A stretch of DNA of 64,000 nucleotides. Source: a virus. Lineage: Duplodnaviria; Caudoviricetes. Below, piece by piece: positions 37,321 through 47,853 of this stretch. Position 1 is the stretch's first letter, and each line of letters opens with the position of its first letter. The notes beneath the pieces were generated by a model that was given only the letters and a program-made list of their open reading frames with translations, was not told the origin of the DNA and searched no databases. Made by a program: the position numbers and the translations under genes. The stretch is taken from IMG/VR virus record IMGVR_UViG_3300033463_000012. One strand, written 5' to 3'.

Positions 37321-38007
37321 CTTTTCCTGCAAGATTGGATATTCGTTGCACGTGGTTTCGCACCAGTATGTATGCCCGAATCTCCTCTCGTCCGGGGTCA
37401 AAAGTCGTTCCAGTCCTTCCTTCGTGTCGGCGGTTCTGGACAGGTCTCGATAGCAAACTCCGGTCGTGTAAGGAACCACAATACAATACTTCCCGAGGTG
37501 CAATGCCTTCAAGGTCTGTTCCTCGGTCAAAGGTTCCCGCTTTTCCACCTTCTCCTTCTCTTCCTTTTCCTTCTGTCTTTCCTTGTCGATTTCCTCGTTC
37601 GGAATGGCGAGATATTTGTCAAGTTCCCCGGTTCGTTCCATTTCGAGAATCTTGTCCTTCCATTCCTTGATGCCAAACCTTGGATTGTCATCGTGGAGGT
37701 CGAGGTACAATTTCGCCAGTGCCTTGCAGGGCTCACAGCAGGCGTCGAGGAATCCGGTCAAGTCTCGATCATCATTCCAAGCGAGACCATATCCACCGCC
37801 ATAGGTGAACAGTTCATTGAACAGATGACCGAGGTGCCACATATCCGGGGCGTCGAAGTCCAAATCCCTGACCACCTTTCGACACTTGAACGCGGCGAAC
37901 AGTTTTGCACTTCGTCCCATACCGGATGAGGTGAGGCGGACGAATTCAGCGAATGCTTCCGGTTTCTTTTTCCGGAATTCCTCGGGATTAGTTATCGGAT
38001 TTCTCAT
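37315..38007 (-). CDS. Hypothetical protein
   Basis: MRNPITNPEE; coupled to the upstream gene. Confidence 0.75.
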   Translation of the reverse strand: MRNPITNPEEFRKKKPEAFAEFVRLTSSGMGRSAKLFAAFKCRKVVRDLDFDAPDMWHLGHLFNELFTYGGGYGLAWNDDRDLTGFLDACCEPCKALAKLYLDLHDDNPRFGIKEWKDKILEMERTGELDKYLAIPNEEIDKERQKEKEEKEKVEKREPLTEEQTLKALHLGKYCIVVPYTTGVCYRDLSRTADTKEGLERLLTPDERRFGHTYWCETTCNEYPILQEKK

Positions 38008-38192
38008 TTTTTCCTTGCCTTCTTTTCCAGCCAGTTTCCGAAAATATCGCACACGTCATCGAACCAATCCGCCATGTGGTCAGAGACGATGAAGGCGAAT
38101 CTTCCGGCGATGATTGCAAGAAAGATGAATACGGCGCACCCGACAAAAAGGATGCTGATCGTAAGTGCGAGACTGGTGATTTCACATTCCAT
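38004..38192 (-). CDS. Small membrane protein
   Basis: Long hydrophobic segment; AAGGAG RBS. Confidence 0.65.
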   Translation of the reverse strand: MECEITSLALTISILFVGCAVFIFLAIIAGRFAFIVSDHMADWFDDVCDIFGNWLEKKARKK

Positions 38193-38194
38193 TT

Positions 38195-38452
38195 TCAGTT
38201 CTCCTTAATCCAAGTCCATCCGCGTTTCATGCACTCTTTCTGCCACCACGTGTGAAGTCGGTCGAATTCCTTTTCGGACAAACCGACGACTTCAATATAC
38301 CCATATTGTTCACAAATACGAATTTCAATTTTGTCATCTTTGTACACAATGTCATAAGGATCGGGCCAAAGGGCGAAACAGTTGAACAGACCATATTGGC
38401 TATTGTCGAAATAGTGGTCCAGGGTTTGTTTTGCAATGCTATACTTGCTCAT
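38195..38452 (-). CDS. Hypothetical protein
   Basis: GAGGAGG RBS; operon packing. Confidence 0.7.
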   Translation of the reverse strand: MSKYSIAKQTLDHYFDNSQYGLFNCFALWPDPYDIVYKDDKIEIRICEQYGYIEVVGLSEKEFDRLHTWWQKECMKRGWTWIKEN

Positions 38453-38454
38453 TT

Positions 38455-38703
38455 TCAATCCTCCTCGTCTTCGGGATGCGGCTTGTCCAAAAGTTTCATC
38501 TTCGAAATGAGCTGGATGTTCACTTCCGCCAGGTGAAGAAAATACTCGGCATCTCTGACGAGTTCATCTTCGGAGCACGGATCGCCCATGAGAACATGCT
38601 CACCGGTGTGAATGCGAATCATGTCTCGCTCGGCCTTTTCCAACATTCCAATCGCCGTATCCACGGAATGAATCGCACGTTCAATTTTGTTCGTCTTTTC
38701 CAT
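38455..38703 (-). CDS. Hypothetical protein
   Basis: GAGGAG RBS before MEKTNK. Confidence 0.7.
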   Translation of the reverse strand: MEKTNKIERAIHSVDTAIGMLEKAERDMIRIHTGEHVLMGDPCSEDELVRDAEYFLHLAEVNIQLISKMKLLDKPHPEDEED

Positions 38704-38705
38704 TT

Positions 38706-39095
38706 TCAGTTCTCCTCGTCTTCGAATCCTTCCTTTCCGTTCTCCCACATTTCCATGGTGTCGAGAACGTCCTTTACCATGATGTCCCGAAGTCCACCAA
38801 GGTTGAGTTTATTCCAGGACTTGAATCCGACCTTCTTCAGGGTTTCAAGGCATTCTTCGAACGTCCCATCTTCCAAAGCGCTCTTGCCTTCGTTGACAAG
38901 ACTGAATTTGATCTTGTCCTTGATTTCCTTTGCTGTCCGAGAGGTCATGTCATTGAACGAAAGGGTGAGAGTCCACATGTTGTCCTTGGCCAGGTTGACT
39001 GCGCACCAAAGATATTCCCACATGTGGTTGTCGGCGTCATCCCAGCAACACTTCGCCACGATCTTGTTCGCGGTGATTTCCTTGAATGTCTTCAT
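38706..39095 (-). CDS. Hypothetical protein
   Basis: AAGGAG RBS. Confidence 0.75.
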   Translation of the reverse strand: MKTFKEITANKIVAKCCWDDADNHMWEYLWCAVNLAKDNMWTLTLSFNDMTSRTAKEIKDKIKFSLVNEGKSALEDGTFEECLETLKKVGFKSWNKLNLGGLRDIMVKDVLDTMEMWENGKEGFEDEEN

Positions 39096-39128
39096 GCTAG
39101 TTCTCCTTGTGGTTGTGAGAGTTAAGGC

Positions 39129-39497
39129 CTAGTAGTGATGGACATATCCGTCGTCCAGATTGCCTTCACAGGCATCTTCACCGGCAGATTTAGGGAACAT
39201 CATCTGTTCAATGATATTCCTATCATGCATGCTGTGGAATTTCGCACACTTGATCGAGTATTCGGAAGGGCATTTTCCTTCGCTTTCACCCAAAACGTAA
39301 ATAGCGTTTTCTCGAACTTCATATTCAGTGCAATAAGCAGTTCCGGCAGAGTGACGAATCTGACTTCCGGTTTCGATTTCTTCATTTTCTTCAGTGTTGT
39401 TCCCGCCATTGGGGCCGAGAGTGTTGGAAGACCCGTCGGAACAAGCGGACATGGAAATGAGAAGAAGGATCGAGATGAGAGAAAGAATCTTTTTCAT
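39129..39497 (-). CDS. Lipoprotein (early)
   Basis: MKKILSLISILLLISMSA|C signal and lipobox; GGAGG RBS. Confidence 0.8.
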   Translation of the reverse strand: MKKILSLISILLLISMSACSDGSSNTLGPNGGNNTEENEEIETGSQIRHSAGTAYCTEYEVRENAIYVLGESEGKCPSEYSIKCAKFHSMHDRNIIEQMMFPKSAGEDACEGNLDDGYVHHY

Positions 39498-39548
39498 AAA
39501 CACCTCCCGGTTTTGGTTCTTTTCCAGACCTCTATTGGCCTGTCTCTT

Positions 39549-39573
39549 ATAATATAATATCTTTTTGGCCAAA
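39549..39573 (-). promoter_or_regulatory. Early-type phage promoter motif
   Basis: Minus strand TTTGGCCAAAAAGATATTATATTAT. Confidence 0.8.
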
Positions 39574-39652
39574 GAGTATCGACTTTTTTGAAATTTTTTC
39601 TCGACCTGGCTAAAAGGGCTAAATTTGAAGAATATCAGCAGGAGACGATATA

Positions 39653-42202
39653 TTGCCTTTACCTACACCGGATTTATTGCCTAAGGTAGACCCGTCTGCC
39701 ACAAATGTCCTGGATAATCAGCCGGACGTGAACCTTCCTGATGCCACGGGATCGGTTTCGGGGTCCTTTGACTTTATCACTGCTTTCTACAATAAATTTG
39801 TGGATATTCTCGTCCCACCTATGGTTTCAGATTCTGACAAACAGGACCTTGAAAACATAATCAATGACCCGGACAGCAGTGAAGATGAAAAGAGTGCGGC
39901 GCAAGCGCAATTGGATGCTGCGAACATGGTCAACATGTTCTCGTCTCCTTTGGTGCGGTTGGTCATTCTTACCTACATAATCATAATCATTCTTAACATC
40001 TTGAGAAGAATCCCTGGGGTGTCCGGTGTTCCTTCGATGTCTTCAATAGCCAACAATTTGTTCAACACTGGTTCATATACATGGACTGATAGGATTCAAA
40101 TTGTAGATGGATTCATGACGATAAGCGATGTTCTGAGATATGACACCACTTATGTGAAAGACAATACATCAGCTATTTACGTGAATTATACTGGAGCAGA
40201 GATAGCTGAACAAGGTTCAAATACTTTCCCTCAGAATTATGTTTATTATAACAATGGAAAGCAATACAGAATACCATTGTTTCCAGAAACATTGATTGAA
40301 AAATCATGGATGCATAATTTCATAGTGAAGATAGATGCCAGAGCTGACTATTATTTGAAATTCACCAACGGCAGCATAAACATAGGAACGGAATCCCAGC
40401 CGAATTATTATGAATTGACTTCAGTGAAAAAAGCAACTGATTGTGAACCATTGCTTCTTGGACAGAACAGAAGTGTTGTGCAAAAGGCAAAAGGAAGACA
40501 AGTCAGGTGTACATCTTTTCAGAAAATAAGAAATACATCTGCAACTACAAAAATTTCAGTGACCGGAATTCCTCAGAATGAAGGGAATGACTACACTGAT
40601 CCTATTGGAAATTTGACATTCGTCAAGAATGCAAGAATGGTGGATGGAAACCTTGAACCGACTGATACATTGAAGGTGACTAACATAACATTCGATGAAG
40701 GACAACTTCATTATGGATGGGACATTGAAAATCTTCCTAAGGGAGGATTCAGCAATTACTTGGTCACCTTCGTGATGTCTTCATGGAATCATAGGTCAGG
40801 CGGTTTACCGGAATATGTTCCTAATTGGCCAAGTGGAAACACCATAAAATTTTTAGATCAAGATGGTAACGATAAAACAGGGTATAGAGTCATAAGAGTG
40901 TCAATGGGTGGTTTCAAAAGAATGGATGAAAAGAAACTTCCATTGTATGAGGAAGAGATTCCATATTCACCTAAATACATTGAAATTTGGATAGTGAACG
41001 ATGATCCTGATCAAAGTGGATACAATGATGACCCTGAATTAAACATAATAACCATTGAAGACAAAGATAATGTAGGCAGTCTGTTCCTCAATTCCAATGA
41101 CAAACCTTTTGAAGAATCTGGTCTGAACAATCTCGAGAGCATTTTCACAACTACAGCAGCAAATTCAATTCGATATGATTTGTCTTCAGCTTCAAACAGT
41201 TTTGCTTCTGCGGTTTCGCAATCTGACCCGAACAGCTTCTGGAATAATTTTTCGTCAGCCATGCTTTCTGTTGAATCAGCAAGCAGACGAATAAATGGCT
41301 ATAAAATATATTCAAGTCAGATAGAATATCTGTATGACACTGTGAATGCATTCTACGGTGAAATCAGTTCCTATTATTCATCAAATCGACATGATGTAAT
41401 TCCAAGCGATGTTTCCAAGGTCACTGAATTTTCTCAATTTGCAAACTATTTCCAGAGTGAATCAAACAGAACAGGACAGATATTAGGTAATCGCTACGAG
41501 AATATAGATGAAGGTGATGCTTCTCATATATCTTTGGAGGATTCTTCCTATTACAATGACAGAACGGAAGCTACAGTAATCACTCAACATAGATGGAAAC
41601 CTATGTCAAGTTCCGTTCAGGAGAAACAACAACGCTGGGATGAAATGTACAAAATCATAAGAAATTCAATAAGAGACATTTATCCTAGGTCTGGTGTTGA
41701 ATTCATGCGAGGAACATCATGGGCTTCCTACGAAGAGGAAATCTCGGCTCCAGCAAAGTTGGCTTTCAAGCTGACTACAGAAGGACATGAAAATGTTCAC
41801 TTTATAGGATCACACAATGGAATGTTTGGCTATTTGTACCCGATGACAGCCAATTGGGATGGTTCAGCTTATGTTCATCCGAATTATGGTCCTGACTACA
41901 AGAGACCTCACATAGCGTTCGTAAATGGTTCCGCCACAGTGGAATCTGACATCGGCATAGATGCAATCGGCGAGAAATATCCCCCGCAGGCGATAGTTCA
42001 GGATGTCCCGGAAATGACATTCGAGGCACAGGATCCTTGCACGCAACCTCAATCCTCCATGGAAAAGAAGATGGCCATGCTCCTTGAAAACGATGCAGAC
42101 CAATTCACCGTCATGGCCGCGTTCGGTTGCTGCTATACAGATGACCTGTGGGATAAATTCCAGGAGCTGAAGAAACTCCGCAGACACATGGTGAGGAATT
42201 GA
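39653..42202 (+). CDS. Large late protein, probably virion-associated
   Basis: 849 aa; CTAAAT at 39619; hydrophobic helix near residue 100-116. Confidence 0.75.
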   Translation: MPLPTPDLLPKVDPSATNVLDNQPDVNLPDATGSVSGSFDFITAFYNKFVDILVPPMVSDSDKQDLENIINDPDSSEDEKSAAQAQLDAANMVNMFSSPLVRLVILTYIIIIILNILRRIPGVSGVPSMSSIANNLFNTGSYTWTDRIQIVDGFMTISDVLRYDTTYVKDNTSAIYVNYTGAEIAEQGSNTFPQNYVYYNNGKQYRIPLFPETLIEKSWMHNFIVKIDARADYYLKFTNGSINIGTESQPNYYELTSVKKATDCEPLLLGQNRSVVQKAKGRQVRCTSFQKIRNTSATTKISVTGIPQNEGNDYTDPIGNLTFVKNARMVDGNLEPTDTLKVTNITFDEGQLHYGWDIENLPKGGFSNYLVTFVMSSWNHRSGGLPEYVPNWPSGNTIKFLDQDGNDKTGYRVIRVSMGGFKRMDEKKLPLYEEEIPYSPKYIEIWIVNDDPDQSGYNDDPELNIITIEDKDNVGSLFLNSNDKPFEESGLNNLESIFTTTAANSIRYDLSSASNSFASAVSQSDPNSFWNNFSSAMLSVESASRRINGYKIYSSQIEYLYDTVNAFYGEISSYYSSNRHDVIPSDVSKVTEFSQFANYFQSESNRTGQILGNRYENIDEGDASHISLEDSSYYNDRTEATVITQHRWKPMSSSVQEKQQRWDEMYKIIRNSIRDIYPRSGVEFMRGTSWASYEEEISAPAKLAFKLTTEGHENVHFIGSHNGMFGYLYPMTANWDGSAYVHPNYGPDYKRPHIAFVNGSATVESDIGIDAIGEKYPPQAIVQDVPEMTFEAQDPCTQPQSSMEKKMAMLLENDADQFTVMAAFGCCYTDDLWDKFQELKKLRRHMVRN

Positions 42203-43155
42203 TGAAACCGAATCCAGCAGAATACACCTTATGCGCCTGGGTTGAGTTCGCCTATCAAGCCCTCACCAAGATGATCGACTGGTGCCTTACCTTCATGGAA
42301 ACTCAGCTGAAGGCACTCATCGCTTCGATCAATGCAATCTATGCAGTCCTTGTGAAGCAGATGAGAACGGCTGTGGACACCATAACCGACATCATCACCA
42401 AGTGCATTGACTCCTATTCACCCCAATTCTCCGAAGATGACCTTGCATGGCTGAATGCAGTTCGGGCTTCTTTGTGCGAAATGTTGAAGAAATGCCGGTT
42501 CGTCTATGACATCATTGTGCAAGGCAACCGACAGGACAATGACACATGGCTTGACTTCACCAACCTGGAATCCATAGACACTCCTCCATATTTTGCGGAA
42601 ATGACCGATCCTTACCTTTGGTTCGAAAAGATCATCTGCAATTTCTCCCTCAAGGACTTGGTCAAACAAGCCGGGGAATTGACGAAGGAAACCCTGAAGG
42701 AGATGATGGACAAATACATCCTGGGAGATGGGACCTACGGGTTGAGCTGGGCGAGGACAAAGGCCGAGGAACTATGGGCGGAATGGAACACCTACATCCA
42801 CAAGCCACTTGACAAAATCATTCCATTCCACATGTTCAGCAAGTTTTGGACAAGGATTTTCGGTTGGATTCCCGAGGAAGGAATGGGAATGGAAACAAAT
42901 CCGAAGAAAATGAACATCTTTGACCTCATGGAATTGTTGGACAAGTTGACCCAGTGCGCCTTCTCGATCTGCAACTTCGTGACCTCGGTGATGACCTACA
43001 AGCAGGACAAGAAGACGAAGATGTACATCGACTGGGACAATGAACTTCCGATACCTCCAACGGCCTTGACGGCTATCTACAAAATGGACAATGAGATTTC
43101 GGACCTAGTGAACAGCTGGCGCACTTCCGCTACATCCAGGGCGTGCGTGAGCTAA
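42202..43155 (+). CDS. Hypothetical helical protein
   Basis: TGATG coupling; 317 aa. Confidence 0.8.
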   Translation: MKPNPAEYTLCAWVEFAYQALTKMIDWCLTFMETQLKALIASINAIYAVLVKQMRTAVDTITDIITKCIDSYSPQFSEDDLAWLNAVRASLCEMLKKCRFVYDIIVQGNRQDNDTWLDFTNLESIDTPPYFAEMTDPYLWFEKIICNFSLKDLVKQAGELTKETLKEMMDKYILGDGTYGLSWARTKAEELWAEWNTYIHKPLDKIIPFHMFSKFWTRIFGWIPEEGMGMETNPKKMNIFDLMELLDKLTQCAFSICNFVTSVMTYKQDKKTKMYIDWDNELPIPPTALTAIYKMDNEISDLVNSWRTSATSRACVS

Positions 43156-43197
43156 ATTATTTAAACCTATCACTTCATCTTGTATCGAAGGAGAACG

Positions 43198-44022
43198 ATG
43201 AAAAACTTATTCACATTCATGCTAAATGAAGACTACGTCAACACCTATGGCCTTGACCGGGTCAGGGAGGACTTTCGCGACCAGGTTCTGATGACCATGA
43301 AGCGACATCTCCTCCCCGGAAAGAAGCTGGAGGACTTCAAACCCTCCAAACTTCATGGGGGAACCAAGGTCGTCGGCGGGTCCTTCATGTACCTTTGTGC
43401 CGCCGCATTCAAGGTATTCGACGAAGGAATAGTTGAAGACCTCCTCAAGCTGTCCGGTGGAAAACGTCCTTCCGCAGGTCCAGGGGAAATCCTTTTGACC
43501 GCCCTGTTCTCCAATGTTCGCTCTGCGTCCAAGGGTGACGTGGTTATAGATGGTCAAAACTGCGAAATCAAGTCAATCAGAGGCGGTGGTGGTCCCTACG
43601 ACAGATCAGTCCTCAAGGACAAACTGAAGCTATGGTCCAATGAACATCGAGTGAATTTGGACGACATTGAATGGAATCCTTCGGGAATCGGTGCACTCCT
43701 TCCCAAACTCCACAAGATGAACGACGAGGCAATAGCCGACCTGGCTCCTCTTTTGGTGGGCAAGGAAATGGGAAAGGTTGCCTACACGGAATTGAAGAAG
43801 GCGGATGAACTTGGTCCTCGGCTTCTCCTCCAACATCTGGGTGCCTGTCAGCTGAAGAATTACTGTGACAAACAGAATGGCAGTGACCTTTTGGTCGTGT
43901 TCCCGGAGGAAAAGAAATACCTCTGGTGTCCGAATGACAAGGTCCTCCAGGTGGGCGATTACGTCAAATTCGGTGGTTGGTCGCAGGCAGGGTTCATGAT
44001 TTCCAAATTGAACGTGGGGTGA
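43198..44022 (+). CDS. Putative PD-(D/E)XK nuclease-fold protein
   Basis: GPGEILL...KGDVVIDGQNCEIKS; starts MKNLFTFMLNE; CTAAAT at 43152. Confidence 0.6.
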   Translation: MKNLFTFMLNEDYVNTYGLDRVREDFRDQVLMTMKRHLLPGKKLEDFKPSKLHGGTKVVGGSFMYLCAAAFKVFDEGIVEDLLKLSGGKRPSAGPGEILLTALFSNVRSASKGDVVIDGQNCEIKSIRGGGGPYDRSVLKDKLKLWSNEHRVNLDDIEWNPSGIGALLPKLHKMNDEAIADLAPLLVGKEMGKVAYTELKKADELGPRLLLQHLGACQLKNYCDKQNGSDLLVVFPEEKKYLWCPNDKVLQVGDYVKFGGWSQAGFMISKLNVG

Positions 44023-44024
44023 GA

Positions 44025-44840
44025 ATGAACAATGAAATCTTCAAAGACTTGCCAAAAGGAACACTATTGTATAGAGGTGGTCGCGACCCAGATTATTTGA
44101 GTTCAAAACAGAAGCAATTTGAAAATCCAATATATTTTTCACTGAATCCTGTCCTAGCTCGTGCATGGGGACGAGTTATGACATATCTGACAAAAAGAAA
44201 ACTTACTGTTCTGTCATTTTTGGTAGATGAACAATCTAGCTCACAGACCAAATCATACAAAAATACATTAAAAACATACAAAGTTGACAATGATGTGTTG
44301 GAAGAACTATTGTCCGAATATGCTAAAAATGTAGGGCTAAAACTGAAATTAAAGGATGTTTTGGAGGTTTTTCGACTAGGTGAGGTGGGAGCATATTACA
44401 GAACAAAATTTGAAAGAACATCTTTTTACAAGTGGATTGTTGAAAATTATGGCGTTGATGGTGTTCTTGTGACTGAAAACAAATCAATGGATGAAGTTGG
44501 CATTTCCGTTTGGTTGGCAAATCCTCCAAAGATGGTTGAAAAAATAGATGACATGAAAAAGTATAGAGATGAACATCCAACAATAACTCAAAAACATAGA
44601 ATGTTGGCTTATGTATATGCATATCCAGACAACACTATGGATGATTGTCTATTTCATCTTTATGGTAAAAAAAGCAATTTTTCCATTTACACGGATTTGT
44701 ACAAAAATGGTTTGTTGAATAGAAAAAAGCAAGGAAGACAGTTTTTGTATTCATTGTCGTATAAAGGTGAAGAGGAGCTGGAAAACATTTTGAGAAAAAC
44801 CAAAATGTCCTATAAGAAATTGATCAATTATAGTGAGTGA
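44025..44840 (+). CDS. Putative ADP-ribosyltransferase-fold protein with C-terminal winged-helix-like part
   Basis: LYRGG, YFS..P..A..W, GVDG...DE pattern; AT-rich gene. Confidence 0.5.
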   Translation: MNNEIFKDLPKGTLLYRGGRDPDYLSSKQKQFENPIYFSLNPVLARAWGRVMTYLTKRKLTVLSFLVDEQSSSQTKSYKNTLKTYKVDNDVLEELLSEYAKNVGLKLKLKDVLEVFRLGEVGAYYRTKFERTSFYKWIVENYGVDGVLVTENKSMDEVGISVWLANPPKMVEKIDDMKKYRDEHPTITQKHRMLAYVYAYPDNTMDDCLFHLYGKKSNFSIYTDLYKNGLLNRKKQGRQFLYSLSYKGEEELENILRKTKMSYKKLINYSE

Positions 44841-44846
44841 TGAATT

Positions 44847-45047
44847 ATGGAACAAATGACGGAAGAGTGCAAGAAGGCCTTCGTGGAATTCATGCAGGCA
44901 CAATTGCACGAAATTGACGTTCACAAATGGATAAAAAGCGAGGAAGCTGGACATGATTTGGGGGACGCGGCCGTCAGGGATTGGATAGACAACCATGCTG
45001 CAGATTTCAGAAAAGAGTGGGAAGAGGCACACAGAAGGCTAAATTAA
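44847..45047 (+). CDS. Small protein, DUF4032-like
   Basis: EI..HKW..SE.AG.DLG..A..DW motif. Confidence 0.65.
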   Translation: MEQMTEECKKAFVEFMQAQLHEIDVHKWIKSEEAGHDLGDAAVRDWIDNHAADFRKEWEEAHRRLN

Positions 45048-45069
45048 GAAACGTTCAGGAGGTTCATTG

Positions 45070-46701
45070 ATGTCAAGATTGGAATATCTTTTTGAATCAG
45101 CCAGGTATACAGCGCCTGATGATCCGTATGCGAAATTCATAAGCGACCTTTCACGTGAGCTGACTGCCAAACACTTTCCTTTGTGGAACTACAGCAAAAG
45201 GGACAAGAAGAACTTCAGAACACCGGCCACTGTTGCGTCGTTCAGAGTTGGTTTTGACAGCCAAAAATTGCCTCATTTCTATACGCTGGATTCCAACACA
45301 CTTGGAATGACTTGTCCAAGAACCGGCGGATGCACTCTTTTCATAGAATCCGAAGGACAGGGTGAAGAACACTTTGTGAACACCAATTCGTATTACAGCA
45401 AAGAGGGCTATAACACCACCGAAAACCTGTATTATCAAGGTCCTACATGGAAGTTGAGGGGAGTCGATGACAAGGAATACTTCAAGACTGGAATTCAGCG
45501 AAATCAACTGGCCGACACCATCATCGAGTTTTTCGAGAAGAATGAGCCTTCGTTCGACATCAAAGGAATCTGGGACAAAATCATCGAAAGATTGAAGGAA
45601 GTTACCAAGTCCAACGAAAAATACTACGAAGACAACACAATGAGGATGGCGAATCCCACGGGTGAATACTCAGATTACAAGGACCCCTCGTTGATAAATT
45701 TCATCCACAAGCAGTTCCGTTCCAATGAACTGGAAAACAAGAGAATAGCAGACGCCCTGGAGGAACCTGCCCTTCCCAAGGACTTGAATTCCTCGGATGC
45801 ACCTGAACGCAAAAAGAAGAGTTGGTTCGGTGGTGAAATTTGGACGACATATCACCCAATGAAAATAAGATGGGTGGTTCCTGCATGGAACAAGAGCGAA
45901 GCGCTGAGGATCATCAAGGACTATTACTGTCCGAAGTCACGCGGAAGGAACAAGGAACAGGAATACGATCCTAAGTCGATCAGACTTTTGTATGAATTCG
46001 ATTCTGAAGAAGAAGCAAAGAAATGGCAAAATTACATAAAGGAAAACAATATGAGACATTTTCATGAACACAGGCATTGCAACTGCCATCACAGATTGGA
46101 CGAAAAGCAGGTCATCTCCACCGTCAACACTACGAGGGTCGATGACGAAGGAATGAAGCGTTGCCCAATCTGCGGAAACGAGGAAATCGAAGAAAGGGAA
46201 CTATGCTTCGGTGACGGCATCTATGACCTTGGCCAGACCATGTATTGCCCCGAATGCGACAAGGAATGGACATCCTGGTGGAGACTCAAATACGACACCT
46301 CCAACGTGAAGAATCGCTACAAGCACGGGGACAGAAAGTGGAGCTACAGGACAATGGACGATGTCGGAATGGTTCCCGGGAATTGTCCTTATTGTGGATC
46401 ACTGGACACTTTCGTCGAAGGAACCAGCACTGACCATGTGAAGAACGTGGTCGTCACCAATCAGTGCGAAAGATGTCATGGACTATGGGACGACATCTGG
46501 GAAATCACTGAATATGTGGACACCAGAATCGATGACCCCGAAGCCGACCAGGCCAGATATGACCATGATCAGTATCACAGGATGGTCAACAAATTCTACG
46601 GGAAGAAGCGTCTCGACAAGGCCGACAAGGAAGAACTCGAAGAAATCGACCGGCTGTACAAGAAGTATGGTGGTGGTCTTGAAATCCCTGGTTATTGCTA
46701 G
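45070..46701 (+). CDS. Hypothetical multi-module protein with tandem zinc ribbons
   Basis: MSRLEYLFES; CPIC/CPEC, CPYC/CERC; CTAAAT at 45039. Confidence 0.8.
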   Translation: MSRLEYLFESARYTAPDDPYAKFISDLSRELTAKHFPLWNYSKRDKKNFRTPATVASFRVGFDSQKLPHFYTLDSNTLGMTCPRTGGCTLFIESEGQGEEHFVNTNSYYSKEGYNTTENLYYQGPTWKLRGVDDKEYFKTGIQRNQLADTIIEFFEKNEPSFDIKGIWDKIIERLKEVTKSNEKYYEDNTMRMANPTGEYSDYKDPSLINFIHKQFRSNELENKRIADALEEPALPKDLNSSDAPERKKKSWFGGEIWTTYHPMKIRWVVPAWNKSEALRIIKDYYCPKSRGRNKEQEYDPKSIRLLYEFDSEEEAKKWQNYIKENNMRHFHEHRHCNCHHRLDEKQVISTVNTTRVDDEGMKRCPICGNEEIEERELCFGDGIYDLGQTMYCPECDKEWTSWWRLKYDTSNVKNRYKHGDRKWSYRTMDDVGMVPGNCPYCGSLDTFVEGTSTDHVKNVVVTNQCERCHGLWDDIWEITEYVDTRIDDPEADQARYDHDQYHRMVNKFYGKKRLDKADKEELEEIDRLYKKYGGGLEIPGYC

Positions 46702-46712
46702 GAGAAAGACAA

Positions 46713-47606
46713 ATGAACATCGAAAAATTCAAGAACATAGATGGATTCAATCTATCAGAATTCCGAGACAGTTTTCTTTATTACGGTCCTCATTCAAATT
46801 TTATTGAATTCGCGTGCTATGTAAATGAACACCTGCCTGAAGGTTGTACAGCAAAGCTGGTAGCCGGAACTCAGGCAATTAAGGTATCATATAAAAATTA
46901 TACTCTTTCGTGCGCATACATGTCAGTCAATGACAAGGAAATTCATTTAGACAGCGGAAAAAACTTCAAGAAAATGAAGATAAATGGCGACCCAGATGGA
47001 TGTGCGAGAAGATTCCTCAAAACTGTCGTAGAACCTAGGATCCTAACGGCAAAGGAACAGGAACGAAAAGAAGAGGAAGTCAGAGTCGCCAACGCGAACA
47101 AGGTGAATAACTTTTTGTCCTATGTGATTCCAGACGAAAAGGACATCTACAGAGCTGAAACTGCCTGGGAACGAAGCCATGGGCTTCTATCCAAATATAT
47201 TAAGTTTCTTGATCAGCAGTTGAATAAAATCACTGATCCTAACAAGGCAAAGCGTCGTATCAAGGCCTTCTATGATCATCTATTGTCAATGACAAAGGAT
47301 AATGCAGAAGATTTATCTGTCAACAAAACATTAAGTCGCCTTAAAAACAGAATGCTTGATCATATGAATGAGTCATACGTGTTTAATGAATCCGAAGAAC
47401 CGGAATTTGCCTATTTCTTCCGATTCAGTGACCCGGACGAGGCAGCTGATGAAGAATACTATTTCCGGGAAAGTTGGGGCAATGAATACGATTCAGTTGC
47501 AGAACATGAATATGTCGTGGTCGTAGCTGACGAAAAAGGCGCCAAGATTGCAGAGGAATTCTTCAAGAAAAATCCAGTAATGATCAGAGAGATTTCGGAG
47601 GACTAG
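46713..47606 (+). CDS. Hypothetical protein
   Basis: AGGAG RBS; MNESYVFNES linker; shares a domain with 50766-51794. Confidence 0.8.
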   Translation: MNIEKFKNIDGFNLSEFRDSFLYYGPHSNFIEFACYVNEHLPEGCTAKLVAGTQAIKVSYKNYTLSCAYMSVNDKEIHLDSGKNFKKMKINGDPDGCARRFLKTVVEPRILTAKEQERKEEEVRVANANKVNNFLSYVIPDEKDIYRAETAWERSHGLLSKYIKFLDQQLNKITDPNKAKRRIKAFYDHLLSMTKDNAEDLSVNKTLSRLKNRMLDHMNESYVFNESEEPEFAYFFRFSDPDEAADEEYYFRESWGNEYDSVAEHEYVVVVADEKGAKIAEEFFKKNPVMIREISED

Positions 47607-47609
47607 AAC

Positions 47610-47852
47610 ATGTGGATTAAGAGATACATAGATGCCGACAATCTGCAGGACAACCTCTGGGGTCAAGGTCAGAGGAATTATGCAGAATACAAGGAAAGAG
47701 GAGCTACCGATGAGCAGCTCTATGACCTTGCATCTGAATATCTTGCAGATTGGAGCGAAAACAAGGTGATCGACGAAACCAGTCTCAATGACTTTTTCGC
47801 CTATGAATCCAATTTGATCGAAGGTGAATTGAGATTGGAAGGAGAGGAATAA
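47610..47852 (+). CDS. Small hypothetical protein
   Basis: GGAGG RBS. Confidence 0.75.
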   Translation: MWIKRYIDADNLQDNLWGQGQRNYAEYKERGATDEQLYDLASEYLADWSENKVIDETSLNDFFAYESNLIEGELRLEGEE

Positions 47853-47853
47853 C

